The notes under the pieces are model-generated. The model ran no database searches and was not told where the DNA came from. It was given only the letters and a program-made list of their open reading frames with translations. Positions 18,875 through 27,079 of a stretch of 64,000 nucleotides of DNA are shown here, one piece after another (the first letter of the stretch is position 1; each line of letters opens with the position of its first letter). A program made the position numbers and the translations under genes. This stretch comes from Roseburia sp. (lineage in GTDB: Bacteria > Bacillota > Clostridia > Lachnospirales > Lachnospiraceae), in NCBI GenBank assembly GCA_023667765.1, contig JAMOZS010000006.1, forward strand, positions 537-64,536, in the 5' to 3' direction.

Positions 18875-21019
18875 ATGGCAATGAGATTATCGGGCCTCAT
18901 GTCCGGAATGGACACGGAGAGCATTATTCAGCAGCTGGTGGAAGCCAGGAAAAGTAAAGTGGATGTAAAAAAGAAAGCACAGATTTCGTTGAATTATAAG
19001 CAGGAGGCATGGAAGAGCCTGAATACAAAACTTCGGAATCTGCAGCAAAAGTATATTAGCAATATGCGTTTTTCGGACGCTTATTCCAAGAAAACCACAA
19101 AGGTATCTAATCCTAATGCGGTCAGCGTTATCACGGGTGACAATGCGGTGAACGGCGTACAGTCCCTGGAAATCAGACAGCTGGCTAAGACGGGATATCT
19201 GACAGGCGCCCAGTTGGGCGAAGGAAAGAAGAATTATACGGCTCTTTCCACTATGGAGGATTTGGGGGTAACCTTCGATGAGGCCGGAAAGGGAAGCTTC
19301 AGCGTGAAAGCCGGAAATTCCACGGTGGATATTGAGGTGACCAAGGATACTACCATTTCTGATGTTTTATCCAAAATCAAGAGCGCAGGCTTAAATGCGA
19401 GCTTTGACGCAAAGAATCAGAGATTCTTCGTCAGCGCTAAGGATTCCGGAGCAGGCAATGACTTCAGCATCACGGCTTCCGATTCCAACGGAATGGCAGC
19501 TCTTAAGGCTTTGGGACTGCAGGTAAATCTGAAGGAAGATGACGCCACAAAGAAGCAGTATGAAGCGTATGCCGCTTATGCGAAGGATACTGCCTCAGAT
19601 GCGGACATCAGGACGAATATGAGCAGTATGATTCAGGATACTGTGGACAAGAGAGTGGCTGCTTATCAGAAGAAATATACGTCCCTGATGGAGACGAAAG
19701 CGGCGGCGGAGAAGAAGATTGCCGAAATCCAGGAGAAGTATCAGGATTCTCCTCTTGATACCGCGGAAAATTATGCAGGCAGTATTGAGGAAAAGGAAGA
19801 AACAATAAAGAATCTGGAGGAATTCTTAAAGGGAAATATATATACCTCCGAGGAAGAGAAACAGCAGGCTGAAGAGCAGTTAGCTGCGCTGAAGGATGAG
19901 GTTAAGGATTTGACGGCCAAAAAGGCGGACGCAGAAGCGGTTGAGGCGCAGCAGTCTGTGATTGACAAGGCCGATAAGGATATGGCAGCCATTGTGGGAG
20001 AAAACGGAAATGACGGCTATGTGACCATTTCGAAGTCTGAGGTTGACGGGAAGACCGTTTATACGGCAACGGCGGCGCAGAAGCTTGAGGATGAAGTGGC
20101 AGACAGCTATGTGACCAAGGCAAAATATGCTGCCGAGGCGCTGGCGGATGCTGCTAATTCAAAGGATACAGGGGCTACTAAGGTCTCCGGCCAGGACGCT
20201 ATAATCAAGCTGAACGGGGCTGAGTTTAAGAATACAACCAATGTATTTGAGATTAACGGTCTGACCTTTACCGCACTCAGCGAGACAAAGGAAGGCGAGG
20301 CTGTAACCATTACCACTCAGGATGATACCGATGGCATCTATGATATGATTAAGAACTTCCTGAAGGAGTATAATTCCATCATTAACGAGATGGATAAGCT
20401 GTACAATGCAGATTCTACGAATCTGAAGCCTCTGACCAGTGAGGAAAAGGCGGAGTTAAGCGACAGAGAAGTAGAAGAGTGGGAGACCAAGATTAAGGAT
20501 TCCATTCTGCGCAGAGATGAATCGATAAACAGCGTCAGCTCTGCATTAAAGAGCATTATGTCCGGCGGCATTGAAGTGAACGGAAAAAAGATGTATCTCT
20601 TTGATTTCGGTATTGATACAGCGGGATACTTTAATTCTGCTGATAATGAGAAAAATGCGTACCATATTGACGGAGACCCGGATGACGAAACCTCCTCCGG
20701 CAATGCGGATAAGCTGAAAAGCATGATTTCCAGCGACCCTGATACGGTAATTGCCTTCTTTACGAAGCTTTCTCAGAGCTTGTATGGTAAGATGACGGAT
20801 TTGTCCAGGTCTGTGGACGGTTACAGAAGCTTTGGAAGCTTTTATGACGATAAGAAGATGAAGTCCGATTATGATGATTATTCTTCCAAGATTACGGAGA
20901 TGGAAGCGAAGCTCAATGAATATGAGGACAAATGGTATGCGAAATTCGCTAAGATGGAAACTGCATTGGCTAAAATGCAGAGCAAGACAAATGCGCTTTC
21001 CGGCCTGTTAGGAGGATGA
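18875..21019 (+). CDS. fliD: Flagellar filament cap FliD (714 aa)
   Basis: LSGLMSGMDTESIIQQL, GQDAIIKLNG..TNVFEINGLT, and FAKMETALAKMQS. Confidence 0.93.
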   Translation: MAMRLSGLMSGMDTESIIQQLVEARKSKVDVKKKAQISLNYKQEAWKSLNTKLRNLQQKYISNMRFSDAYSKKTTKVSNPNAVSVITGDNAVNGVQSLEIRQLAKTGYLTGAQLGEGKKNYTALSTMEDLGVTFDEAGKGSFSVKAGNSTVDIEVTKDTTISDVLSKIKSAGLNASFDAKNQRFFVSAKDSGAGNDFSITASDSNGMAALKALGLQVNLKEDDATKKQYEAYAAYAKDTASDADIRTNMSSMIQDTVDKRVAAYQKKYTSLMETKAAAEKKIAEIQEKYQDSPLDTAENYAGSIEEKEETIKNLEEFLKGNIYTSEEEKQQAEEQLAALKDEVKDLTAKKADAEAVEAQQSVIDKADKDMAAIVGENGNDGYVTISKSEVDGKTVYTATAAQKLEDEVADSYVTKAKYAAEALADAANSKDTGATKVSGQDAIIKLNGAEFKNTTNVFEINGLTFTALSETKEGEAVTITTQDDTDGIYDMIKNFLKEYNSIINEMDKLYNADSTNLKPLTSEEKAELSDREVEEWETKIKDSILRRDESINSVSSALKSIMSGGIEVNGKKMYLFDFGIDTAGYFNSADNEKNAYHIDGDPDDETSSGNADKLKSMISSDPDTVIAFFTKLSQSLYGKMTDLSRSVDGYRSFGSFYDDKKMKSDYDDYSSKITEMEAKLNEYEDKWYAKFAKMETALAKMQSKTNALSGLLGG

Positions 21020-21025
21020 TAATCA

Positions 21026-21412
21026 ATGGCAATGCCCAATGCTTACGCACAGTATAATAATAATAAAGTCCTGACGGCGTCCCCGGCAGAGCTGACATTG
21101 ATGCTTTATGATGGAGCAATCAGGTTTTGCAATGTGGCGTTGAGCGCTATGGAAGTAAATAACGTGGAAAAGGTTCATAACAACATCGTTAAGGTACAGC
21201 GCATCGTCGATTATCTGCGTCAGACTTTAGACATGAAATATAAGGTGTCAGAGGACTTTGACAGAATCTACCTTTATCTTTCTCAGAGGCTGGTAGAGGC
21301 AAATATGAAGAAAGATAAGGAGATTCTGGAGGAAGTCAACGAACACCTGCATGCTGTTCGGGATAACTGGAAGGAAGTCATGCGTATTAATCGCGAGAAA
21401 GGAAACGCCTAA
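21026..21412 (+). CDS. fliS: Flagellin chaperone FliS
   Basis: TASPAELTLMLYDGAIRF and RDNWKE motifs. Confidence 0.95.
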   Translation: MAMPNAYAQYNNNKVLTASPAELTLMLYDGAIRFCNVALSAMEVNNVEKVHNNIVKVQRIVDYLRQTLDMKYKVSEDFDRIYLYLSQRLVEANMKKDKEILEEVNEHLHAVRDNWKEVMRINREKGNA

Positions 21413-21885
21413 TGGAAAACAGCTTGAACATATTGTCTGAAAGCCTGGACCAGAAGCTTCTGGTACTTCGGGATATTCAGGATTATAATGCGAAGCAGGA
21501 AGAGGCATTTACGAAAGAACAGCCTGATTTGGAAAGCTTTGACGCGGCGATGGAGGAGAAGGAGAGGCTGATTGAGAGGCTGACGAAGCTGGATGACGGC
21601 TTCGAACTGCTCTATCAAAGGCTGGCTGTGGATTTGAAGGACAACAAGGAGCGTTATGCCGTACAAATAAAAGAATTGCAGAGCAAGATTGCAAAGGTGA
21701 CTGAGCTTGGCATGACGATTCAGGCGCAGGAGGCCCGGAATAAAAAACTGATAGAGGATTATTTCGCGAAAGAGCGAACCGGTATCCGTCAGGGGAGGAT
21801 GAGTTCCAAGGCTGCTTATGACTATTATAAGAGCATGAGTGGCAACGGATACGGCGCTTCGCGTTTTATGGACAGCAAAAATTAA
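21412..21885 (+). CDS. FlgN/FliT-like flagellar chaperone
   Basis: Helical protein coupled to fliS (TAATG). Confidence 0.65.
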   Translation: MENSLNILSESLDQKLLVLRDIQDYNAKQEEAFTKEQPDLESFDAAMEEKERLIERLTKLDDGFELLYQRLAVDLKDNKERYAVQIKELQSKIAKVTELGMTIQAQEARNKKLIEDYFAKERTGIRQGRMSSKAAYDYYKSMSGNGYGASRFMDSKN

Positions 21886-21932
21886 GACGAAGGCACCTCC
21901 GAAAAAAACCAAAAAAAATTTTAAAACAGCTC

Positions 21933-21959
21933 TAAAGTATTTGCAAAACGCTCCGATAT
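21933..21959 (+). promoter_or_regulatory. sigma28 promoter of flagellin 1, with an A-tract UP element
   Basis: TAAA-N15-TCCGATAT, preceded by A-tracts at 21901-21926. Confidence 0.9.
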
Positions 21960-22105
21960 ATTTAACAAGTAAAGCAAATGAGTTAAAAAACTCAGGCTTT
22001 CTTCTAAAAGTAAGTTGACACCATCCGCACAATGGAGTAGACTTACTGTAACCACTACCGGGAAGCTGGAAAGTGCGAGCCGGATGAACGGTAGACAAAA
22101 ATAAC

Positions 22106-22140
22106 CACCTCAAGGATGGGGTGTGAAAATTCAAGGAGGA
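22106..22140 (+). promoter_or_regulatory. CsrA-type binding sites in the flagellin 1 leader
   Basis: Hairpin cacctca-AGGA-tggggtg (CAAGGAUG), plus GGA in the CAAGGAGG Shine-Dalgarno. Confidence 0.7.
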
Positions 22141-22147
22141 ATATATT

Positions 22148-22960
22148 ATGGTAGTACAACACAATTTAACAGCAATGAACTCTAACAGAATGCTTGGTTT
22201 AACCAACGCAACACAGGCTAAGTCTACTGAGAAGTTATCTTCCGGTTACAAAATCAATCGTGCAGCAGATGATGCAGCAGGTTTGGCTATTTCCGAGAAG
22301 ATGAGACGTCAGGTAAGAGGCCTGACCCAGGCTTCCGCTAACGCACAGGATGGTATTTCCATGGTGCAGACAGCAGAAGGTGCTCTGAACGAAGTTCACG
22401 ATATGCTTCAGCGTATCAACGAGCTGGCAGTAAAGGGCGAGAACGGTACTTTGACAGCAAGCGACCGCAGCTATATTAATAGCGAAGTTCAGCAGCTGAT
22501 GAGTGAAATCAACCGTGTAGCTTCTACCACTACTTTCAATGAGAAGAATCTGTTGACAGGTTCCATGAAAAATGGTTTGGGCTTACAGGTAGGTGCAGAG
22601 AGCGGACAGCATATTGACCTTACTATTAAGGCTATGAGCTGCGCAAGCATCGGTCTTACCGGTGATGCTACCACTTCTACCACTTCCGCAGCATTGAATG
22701 CAAGCGTTAAGAAAGCTATCGCAGCAGTAAACGAGCAGCGTTCTACACTTGGTGCCGTTCAGAACAGACTTGAGCACACCATCAATAACCTGGACAATGT
22801 AGTAGAGAATACGACCAGCGCTGAGTCCGCTATCCGTGATACAGATATGGCTACAGAGATGGTTAGATACTCTAACAACAACATCCTTGCACAGGCAGGC
22901 CAGGCAATGTTGGCACAGTCTAACCAGTCTAACCAGGGCGTATTGTCCTTACTGGGTTAA
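22148..22960 (+). CDS. fliC: Flagellin 1 (270 aa, minimal D0/D1 type)
   Basis: KLSSGYKINRAADDAAGLAISEKMR and RSTLGAVQNRLEH..IRDTDMA. Confidence 0.97.
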   Translation: MVVQHNLTAMNSNRMLGLTNATQAKSTEKLSSGYKINRAADDAAGLAISEKMRRQVRGLTQASANAQDGISMVQTAEGALNEVHDMLQRINELAVKGENGTLTASDRSYINSEVQQLMSEINRVASTTTFNEKNLLTGSMKNGLGLQVGAESGQHIDLTIKAMSCASIGLTGDATTSTTSAALNASVKKAIAAVNEQRSTLGAVQNRLEHTINNLDNVVENTTSAESAIRDTDMATEMVRYSNNNILAQAGQAMLAQSNQSNQGVLSLLG

Positions 22961-22987
22961 TCATTGCAACATCACAGGAACTACCAT

Positions 22988-23011
22988 AAGGGCTGACGAA
23001 AGTCAGCCCTT
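22988..23011 (+). terminator. Intrinsic terminator of flagellin 1
   Basis: aagggctgac-GAAA-gtcagccctt perfect 10 bp stem, followed by T-rich sequence. Confidence 0.85.
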
Positions 23012-23012
23012 A

Positions 23013-23075
23013 TTTTATCTTATAGAAAGACCTTGTCACGCTAAAGCGTGAAAGTGTCTTTCCTATAAGATAAAA
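23013..23075. repeat. Long inverted repeat with an internal hairpin
   Basis: ttttatcttatagaaagac ... gtctttcctataagataaaa (one bulge), enclosing tcacgc-TAAA-gcgtga. Confidence 0.7.
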
Positions 23076-23080
23076 AAATT

Positions 23081-23201
23081 ATGCGCACTCGCACAAGAGG
23101 AAATATGCCGCTAAAGCGGCTGTGCTCGGCGCAGCAAAGCTGCCAAGTCCCTCATGAATGAGGGATTTAGGGAGTTGATGCGGACTTGTCCGCTTTGTTC
23201 T
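23081..23201 (+). repeat. REP/MITE-like three-hairpin repeat, copy 1
   Basis: gcagc-aaa-gctgc, ccctcat-ga-atgaggg and gcggac-tt-gtccgc. Homologous to 26694-26769 and 28140-28237. Confidence 0.85.
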
Positions 23202-23239
23202 ATCATAGGAAATACTGTGTTAGGAGGGAAATCCGCGCC

Positions 23240-24289
23240 ATGGGTAAATTAATCAGTATTATTATTCCCTGCTATAATGTAGAAAAATATATTGAGCGCT
23301 GCTTCCGTTCGATAGAGAAGCAGACCATAGGAATAGAGAAGCTGGAGGTGATTCTGGTAGATGACTGTTCTACCGATAACACCCGGGAAAAATTAAAAGC
23401 CATTGAAGCGTCTTATCCGGATTCTGTGATTCTTGTCTGCTGCGAGCAGAATGGGCGGCAGGGAAGGGCCAGAAATATCGGCCTGCAATACGCATCGGCG
23501 CCTTATATAGGCTTTGTGGATTCTGACGACTGGCTGGAACCGGATATGTATGAGAAGATGTACAGAAAGCTTCAGGAGTTGTCCTGTGATATTGTGATGT
23601 GTCAGAGCTTCCGGGATTTTGATAATCCGGGGCAGATATTGCCGCCTAAGAGGACGGGAGAAGAGGGCAGGCTGTTACGAATAGACACCCTGAGTAAAAG
23701 AAAGACCTTTCTGGTGGGAGCCTATATGGGGTTTGGCGTCTGGAATAAGCTTTACCGGCGGGAGCTTTTGCAGGAGAATGATATATTCTTTCCGGAGAAT
23801 TTGGCCTATGAGGACCATTTTTTTGCAACGCTCCTGTATTTTTATACGGAGAGCGTCTATCTTATGGAAGAGAGGCTGTATCATTATTTTGTGAATCAGG
23901 AATCCACGGTATTAGCCAAGAACGCCTCCTATCATTTTGATATTCTGACAGTGGATGTGTTATTGTGGGAGGAATGCGAGAAAAGAGGATTCCTGCGGGA
24001 TTACCGATTGGAGCTGGAGTATCAGTTTTTGACCCTTTGTTATTTGCCCTCTATTAAAATGATGATACTTCGTCTGAATGAAGTTCCCTATGAGTATTTT
24101 TGCGCATTGAAGGAGGCTACCTTAGAGCGGGTGCCGGACTATCACAGCAATCCCTATGCGAAGGAATTGGTGACGGAGCTATATACCGTTTTTCTGGGAT
24201 TTTTAGATTGCCCGGTCTCCAGGGAGGATTTGGACAGCATTTTTAAGGCGGTGAGAACCGGAGTGGAAAAGGGAAGTCTGCTGCTCTAA
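23240..24289 (+). CDS. Glycosyltransferase family 2, between the two flagellins
   Basis: ISIIIPCYNVEKYI..VDDCSTD..ARNIGL..FVDSDD. Start after the AGGAGG RBS. Confidence 0.9.
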   Translation: MGKLISIIIPCYNVEKYIERCFRSIEKQTIGIEKLEVILVDDCSTDNTREKLKAIEASYPDSVILVCCEQNGRQGRARNIGLQYASAPYIGFVDSDDWLEPDMYEKMYRKLQELSCDIVMCQSFRDFDNPGQILPPKRTGEEGRLLRIDTLSKRKTFLVGAYMGFGVWNKLYRRELLQENDIFFPENLAYEDHFFATLLYFYTESVYLMEERLYHYFVNQESTVLAKNASYHFDILTVDVLLWEECEKRGFLRDYRLELEYQFLTLCYLPSIKMMILRLNEVPYEYFCALKEATLERVPDYHSNPYAKELVTELYTVFLGFLDCPVSREDLDSIFKAVRTGVEKGSLLL

Positions 24290-24411
24290 GGAAGCCTTCC
24301 CTCTCCCCGGAGCCCCCTCTGGCGGTGTACACGAATTTGCAGGGAGATTTGCCGCTTTTCGGCGCAAATTCATAGTTAAAAAAATAATTTGAAAAATTTT
24401 TATTTTTCCCC

Positions 24412-24438
24412 TAAAGTTTTTATGTTTCACTCCGATAT
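24412..24438 (+). promoter_or_regulatory. sigma28 promoter of flagellin 2
   Basis: TAAAGTTT extended -35, N15 spacer, TCCGATAT -10. Confidence 0.9.
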
Positions 24439-24484
24439 ATTAATCAAGTAAAGCAAATGCAAGTTTGCAGGCACGACTATCAAA

Positions 24485-24560
24485 GACAAGGATGTGTCAG
24501 GGCAGACAGTAGACAATAAAATCTAACGGGTCTCAGGGATGGGACATTGAATCAAGGAGG
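24485..24560 (+). promoter_or_regulatory. CsrA-type binding sites in the flagellin 2 leader
   Basis: gaca-AGGATG-tgtc (ACAAGGAUGU), gtctca-GGGA-tgggac, and the CAAGGAGG Shine-Dalgarno. Confidence 0.75.
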
Positions 24561-24569
24561 AAAAATACT

Positions 24570-25379
24570 ATGGTAGTACAACACAATCTTACAGCAATGA
24601 ATTCTAACAGAATGTTAGGTATCACAACAAAGAGCCAGGCTAAGTCCACCGAGAAGTTATCTTCCGGTTACAAAATCAATCGTGCAGCAGATGATGCAGC
24701 AGGTTTGGCTATTTCCGAGAAGATGAGACGTCAGGTAAGAGGTCTGACCCAGGCTTCCGCTAACGCACAGGATGGTATCTCCATGGTGCAGACAGCAGAA
24801 GGCGCTCTGAACGAAGTTCATGATATGCTTCAGCGTATCAACGAGCTGGCAGTAAAGGGTGAGAACGGCACACTTACCGCAAGCGATCGTACTTATATCA
24901 ATAGCGAAGTTCAGCAGTTGATGAGTGAAATTGACCGTGTAGCTTCCACTACTACCTTTAATGAGCAGAATCTTTTGACAGGCTCCTGCGAAAATATTGG
25001 CTTACAGGTAGGTGCAGAGAGCGGACAGCATATTGACCTTAATATTAAGGCTATGAGCTGTGCAAGCATTGGTCTTTCCGGTGATGCTACCACCTCTACT
25101 ACTTCCGCAGCATTGAACTCCAGCGTTAAGGCAGCTATCGCAGCAGTAAACGAGCAGCGTGCTATCCTCGGTGCTGTTCAGAACAGACTTGAGCACACCA
25201 TCAACAATCTGGACAACGTAGTTGAGAATACCACCAGCGCTGAGTCTGCTATCCGCGATACAGATATGGCTACTGAGATGGTTAGATACTCCAACAATAA
25301 TATCCTTGCTCAGGCAGGACAGTCCATGTTGGCACAGGCTAACCAGTCTAATCAGGGTGTTATGTCTCTGCTGGGTTAA
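24570..25379 (+). CDS. fliC: Flagellin 2 (269 aa)
   Basis: Near-identical paralogue of flagellin 1. Confidence 0.97.
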   Translation: MVVQHNLTAMNSNRMLGITTKSQAKSTEKLSSGYKINRAADDAAGLAISEKMRRQVRGLTQASANAQDGISMVQTAEGALNEVHDMLQRINELAVKGENGTLTASDRTYINSEVQQLMSEIDRVASTTTFNEQNLLTGSCENIGLQVGAESGQHIDLNIKAMSCASIGLSGDATTSTTSAALNSSVKAAIAAVNEQRAILGAVQNRLEHTINNLDNVVENTTSAESAIRDTDMATEMVRYSNNNILAQAGQSMLAQANQSNQGVMSLLG

Positions 25380-25392
25380 TCACATAAAAGAT

Positions 25393-25426
25393 ACAGGGCA
25401 GCCGAAAGGCCTGCCCTGTTTTTTTT
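25393..25426 (+). terminator. Intrinsic terminator of flagellin 2
   Basis: acagggca-gcc-GAAA-ggc-ctgccctgt, followed by a T tract. Confidence 0.9.
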
Positions 25427-25440
25427 GACTTCTTAATTTA

Positions 25441-25473
25441 TAGGGAAACGCTGATTCAATCAGCGTTTCCCTA
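25441..25473. repeat. 33 bp perfect palindrome
   Basis: tagggaaacgctgatt-c-aatcagcgtttcccta, with a degenerate copy at 32260-32290. Confidence 0.8.
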
Positions 25474-26643
25474 GTGTGACAGATAGCTGAGAATTTCCTG
25501 CACTCTATGCAGGTAGGTATGCTGTTCGGCTACTTTTTCAAATCCGTTTCTTGCAATCTGGGCCCGTTCTTTTTCGTGGGTCAAATAATAAGCAAGCTTG
25601 TCCATTAAATCCTGATAACTTTCGAAATACACGAAATCCTCTCCGGGAATAAAATAGTCCAGAAAGTCTGCCTGATAATTCGTCAGCAGAAAACCGCCGG
25701 CACCCATGATATCAAAGGCGCGCAGAGGAATGCCGCTTTTGATGCTGCGCAGGGAGATATTTAAATTGATTTTTGCCGTCTTAAAGACATAAGGAGCAAA
25801 GTCATAATAATCTACCGGGCCATGATTCGTGCAGTTTTTGAGACAATAGCTTTTATCCGGCGTGTAGATATCGATGGGGTAATGATTTGCAATGGCGCTT
25901 AACAGCTCCTGCCGCTCTTCTGCGGTAATCTGTCGATTAATGACATACTGGGCAAACAGATATTCTATTGTTTCTACGCCGCTGGGGTCCGGCTGCATGG
26001 GAAGGATGCGTTTCATATCCGCTATGATGTCCTCGGGGAGCAGCTCTTGAATAAAATTGTAGCCATATATTTTTTTCTGGGCAGAAATCAGGCCTTCCAG
26101 ATACCCTCTCGTGTAAGGAGTAATACCCTCCAGACGCTGGTAAAACTGGTGCTTTTCCGTATAGAGGGAGCCTACGAAGGCAATGTCATGCTGGTTATAC
26201 CAGTCCGTTTTCCGAAAGGAGTTAAGGTCTGTCATAGCATTCAGCCGCTCGGTATTCGCTGCCAGAGGAAGATAATGTATGGTAGGGATTCCGGCATTGT
26301 GAAATTCCAGATAAAGCTCTTTGTCAAATACAAACACATAATTTTTCGGATAGATAATGGTGTAGGAATACAGCAGCACATAAGGGCTGTCATAAACCCA
26401 GGCCACATAAATCGTGTCGGCTTCCTTACAGGCAAGAGAAACAAGGGGAAAATAATTAAAGGTAAAGACAAAATCCGGGGTAAACTCGGTCATTTTGTCT
26501 GCCAGTTTTCTCTGAAGCTCCTGATCCTCCCGAACACCCCGATTGTTGAAAGGAACCCGTTTCACGGTATGCCCCAATGCTTCAAAAGCAGATATCACGT
26601 CCTCATTTCCGAAGCTTTTCCATTCAAGAAATAATAGTCTCAT
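25471..26643 (-). CDS. CgeB/DUF3880-type glycosyltransferase (paralogue 1)
   Basis: MRLLFLEWKSFG, VYDSP, IAFVGSLYTEK, and INLNISLRSIKSGIPLRAFDIMGAGGFLLTNYQ. Confidence 0.85.
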   Translation of the reverse strand: MRLLFLEWKSFGNEDVISAFEALGHTVKRVPFNNRGVREDQELQRKLADKMTEFTPDFVFTFNYFPLVSLACKEADTIYVAWVYDSPYVLLYSYTIIYPKNYVFVFDKELYLEFHNAGIPTIHYLPLAANTERLNAMTDLNSFRKTDWYNQHDIAFVGSLYTEKHQFYQRLEGITPYTRGYLEGLISAQKKIYGYNFIQELLPEDIIADMKRILPMQPDPSGVETIEYLFAQYVINRQITAEERQELLSAIANHYPIDIYTPDKSYCLKNCTNHGPVDYYDFAPYVFKTAKINLNISLRSIKSGIPLRAFDIMGAGGFLLTNYQADFLDYFIPGEDFVYFESYQDLMDKLAYYLTHEKERAQIARNGFEKVAEQHTYLHRVQEILSYLSH

Positions 26644-26693
26644 TTTTAACCCCATTTCTGCGCTGTGTGCTGCGCATCCTGTCCTGTTTGTCA

Positions 26694-26769
26694 TCGGCGC
26701 GGCAAAGCAGCCAAGTCCCTCAAGATTGAGGGATACAGGGAGTTGAAGCGGACTTGTCTGCTTTGTTCT
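26694..26769 (+). repeat. Three-hairpin repeat, copy 2
   Basis: tcggcgcggcaaagcagccaagtccctcaagattgagggatacagggagttgaagcggacttgtctgctttgttct. Confidence 0.85.
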
Positions 26770-26817
26770 TGTCCTGTATCATGTTTCCCTGTGCCGAAGG
26801 ATACACTTTATTGTATC

Positions 26818-26844
26818 ATATCGGCCTTTGTTTGGCAAAATTTA
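26818..26844 (-). promoter_or_regulatory. sigma28 promoter of the CgeB-type glycosyltransferase
   Basis: The minus strand reads TAAA-N15-GCCGATAT (plus strand atatcggc-N15-ttta). Confidence 0.85.
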
Positions 26845-26890
26845 CCGGTCGTGAAATGCAAGGGCGGTTCATTCAAAAGGTTGGAATCTG

Positions 26891-26919
26891 TTGACAGTTT
26901 TTTGCCGATGGGCTATAAT
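26891..26919 (+). promoter_or_regulatory. sigmaA promoter of the Rpn gene
   Basis: TTGACA-N17-TATAAT, exact consensus. Confidence 0.85.
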
Positions 26920-27079
26920 TTATTTATCTAAAATTCAAAGTGTTCTGAACAGTATGGCGTATCAGCCGTTTTATCACTTGGATTTATACTATAGAAAAAC
27001 GGCTGGGAGTGAACACCTTACCCTTCAGCCGGGAAAGAAGGGAAGCGTGAGGAAAGAGGATAACGAAGAGGGTCTGGAA

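Noticed and set aside
21990-22140. c-di-GMP riboswitch in the flagellin leader or at 32420-32500
   Set aside because: The GEMM signature (GGCAAA...GAAA...GACGCAAAGC) and the class II pseudoknot pattern are absent.
26891-27079. N-terminal extension of the Rpn ORF to 26891
   Set aside because: The TTG start coincides with the -35 box of a consensus sigmaA promoter. The ATG at 27080 has an RBS and fits better.
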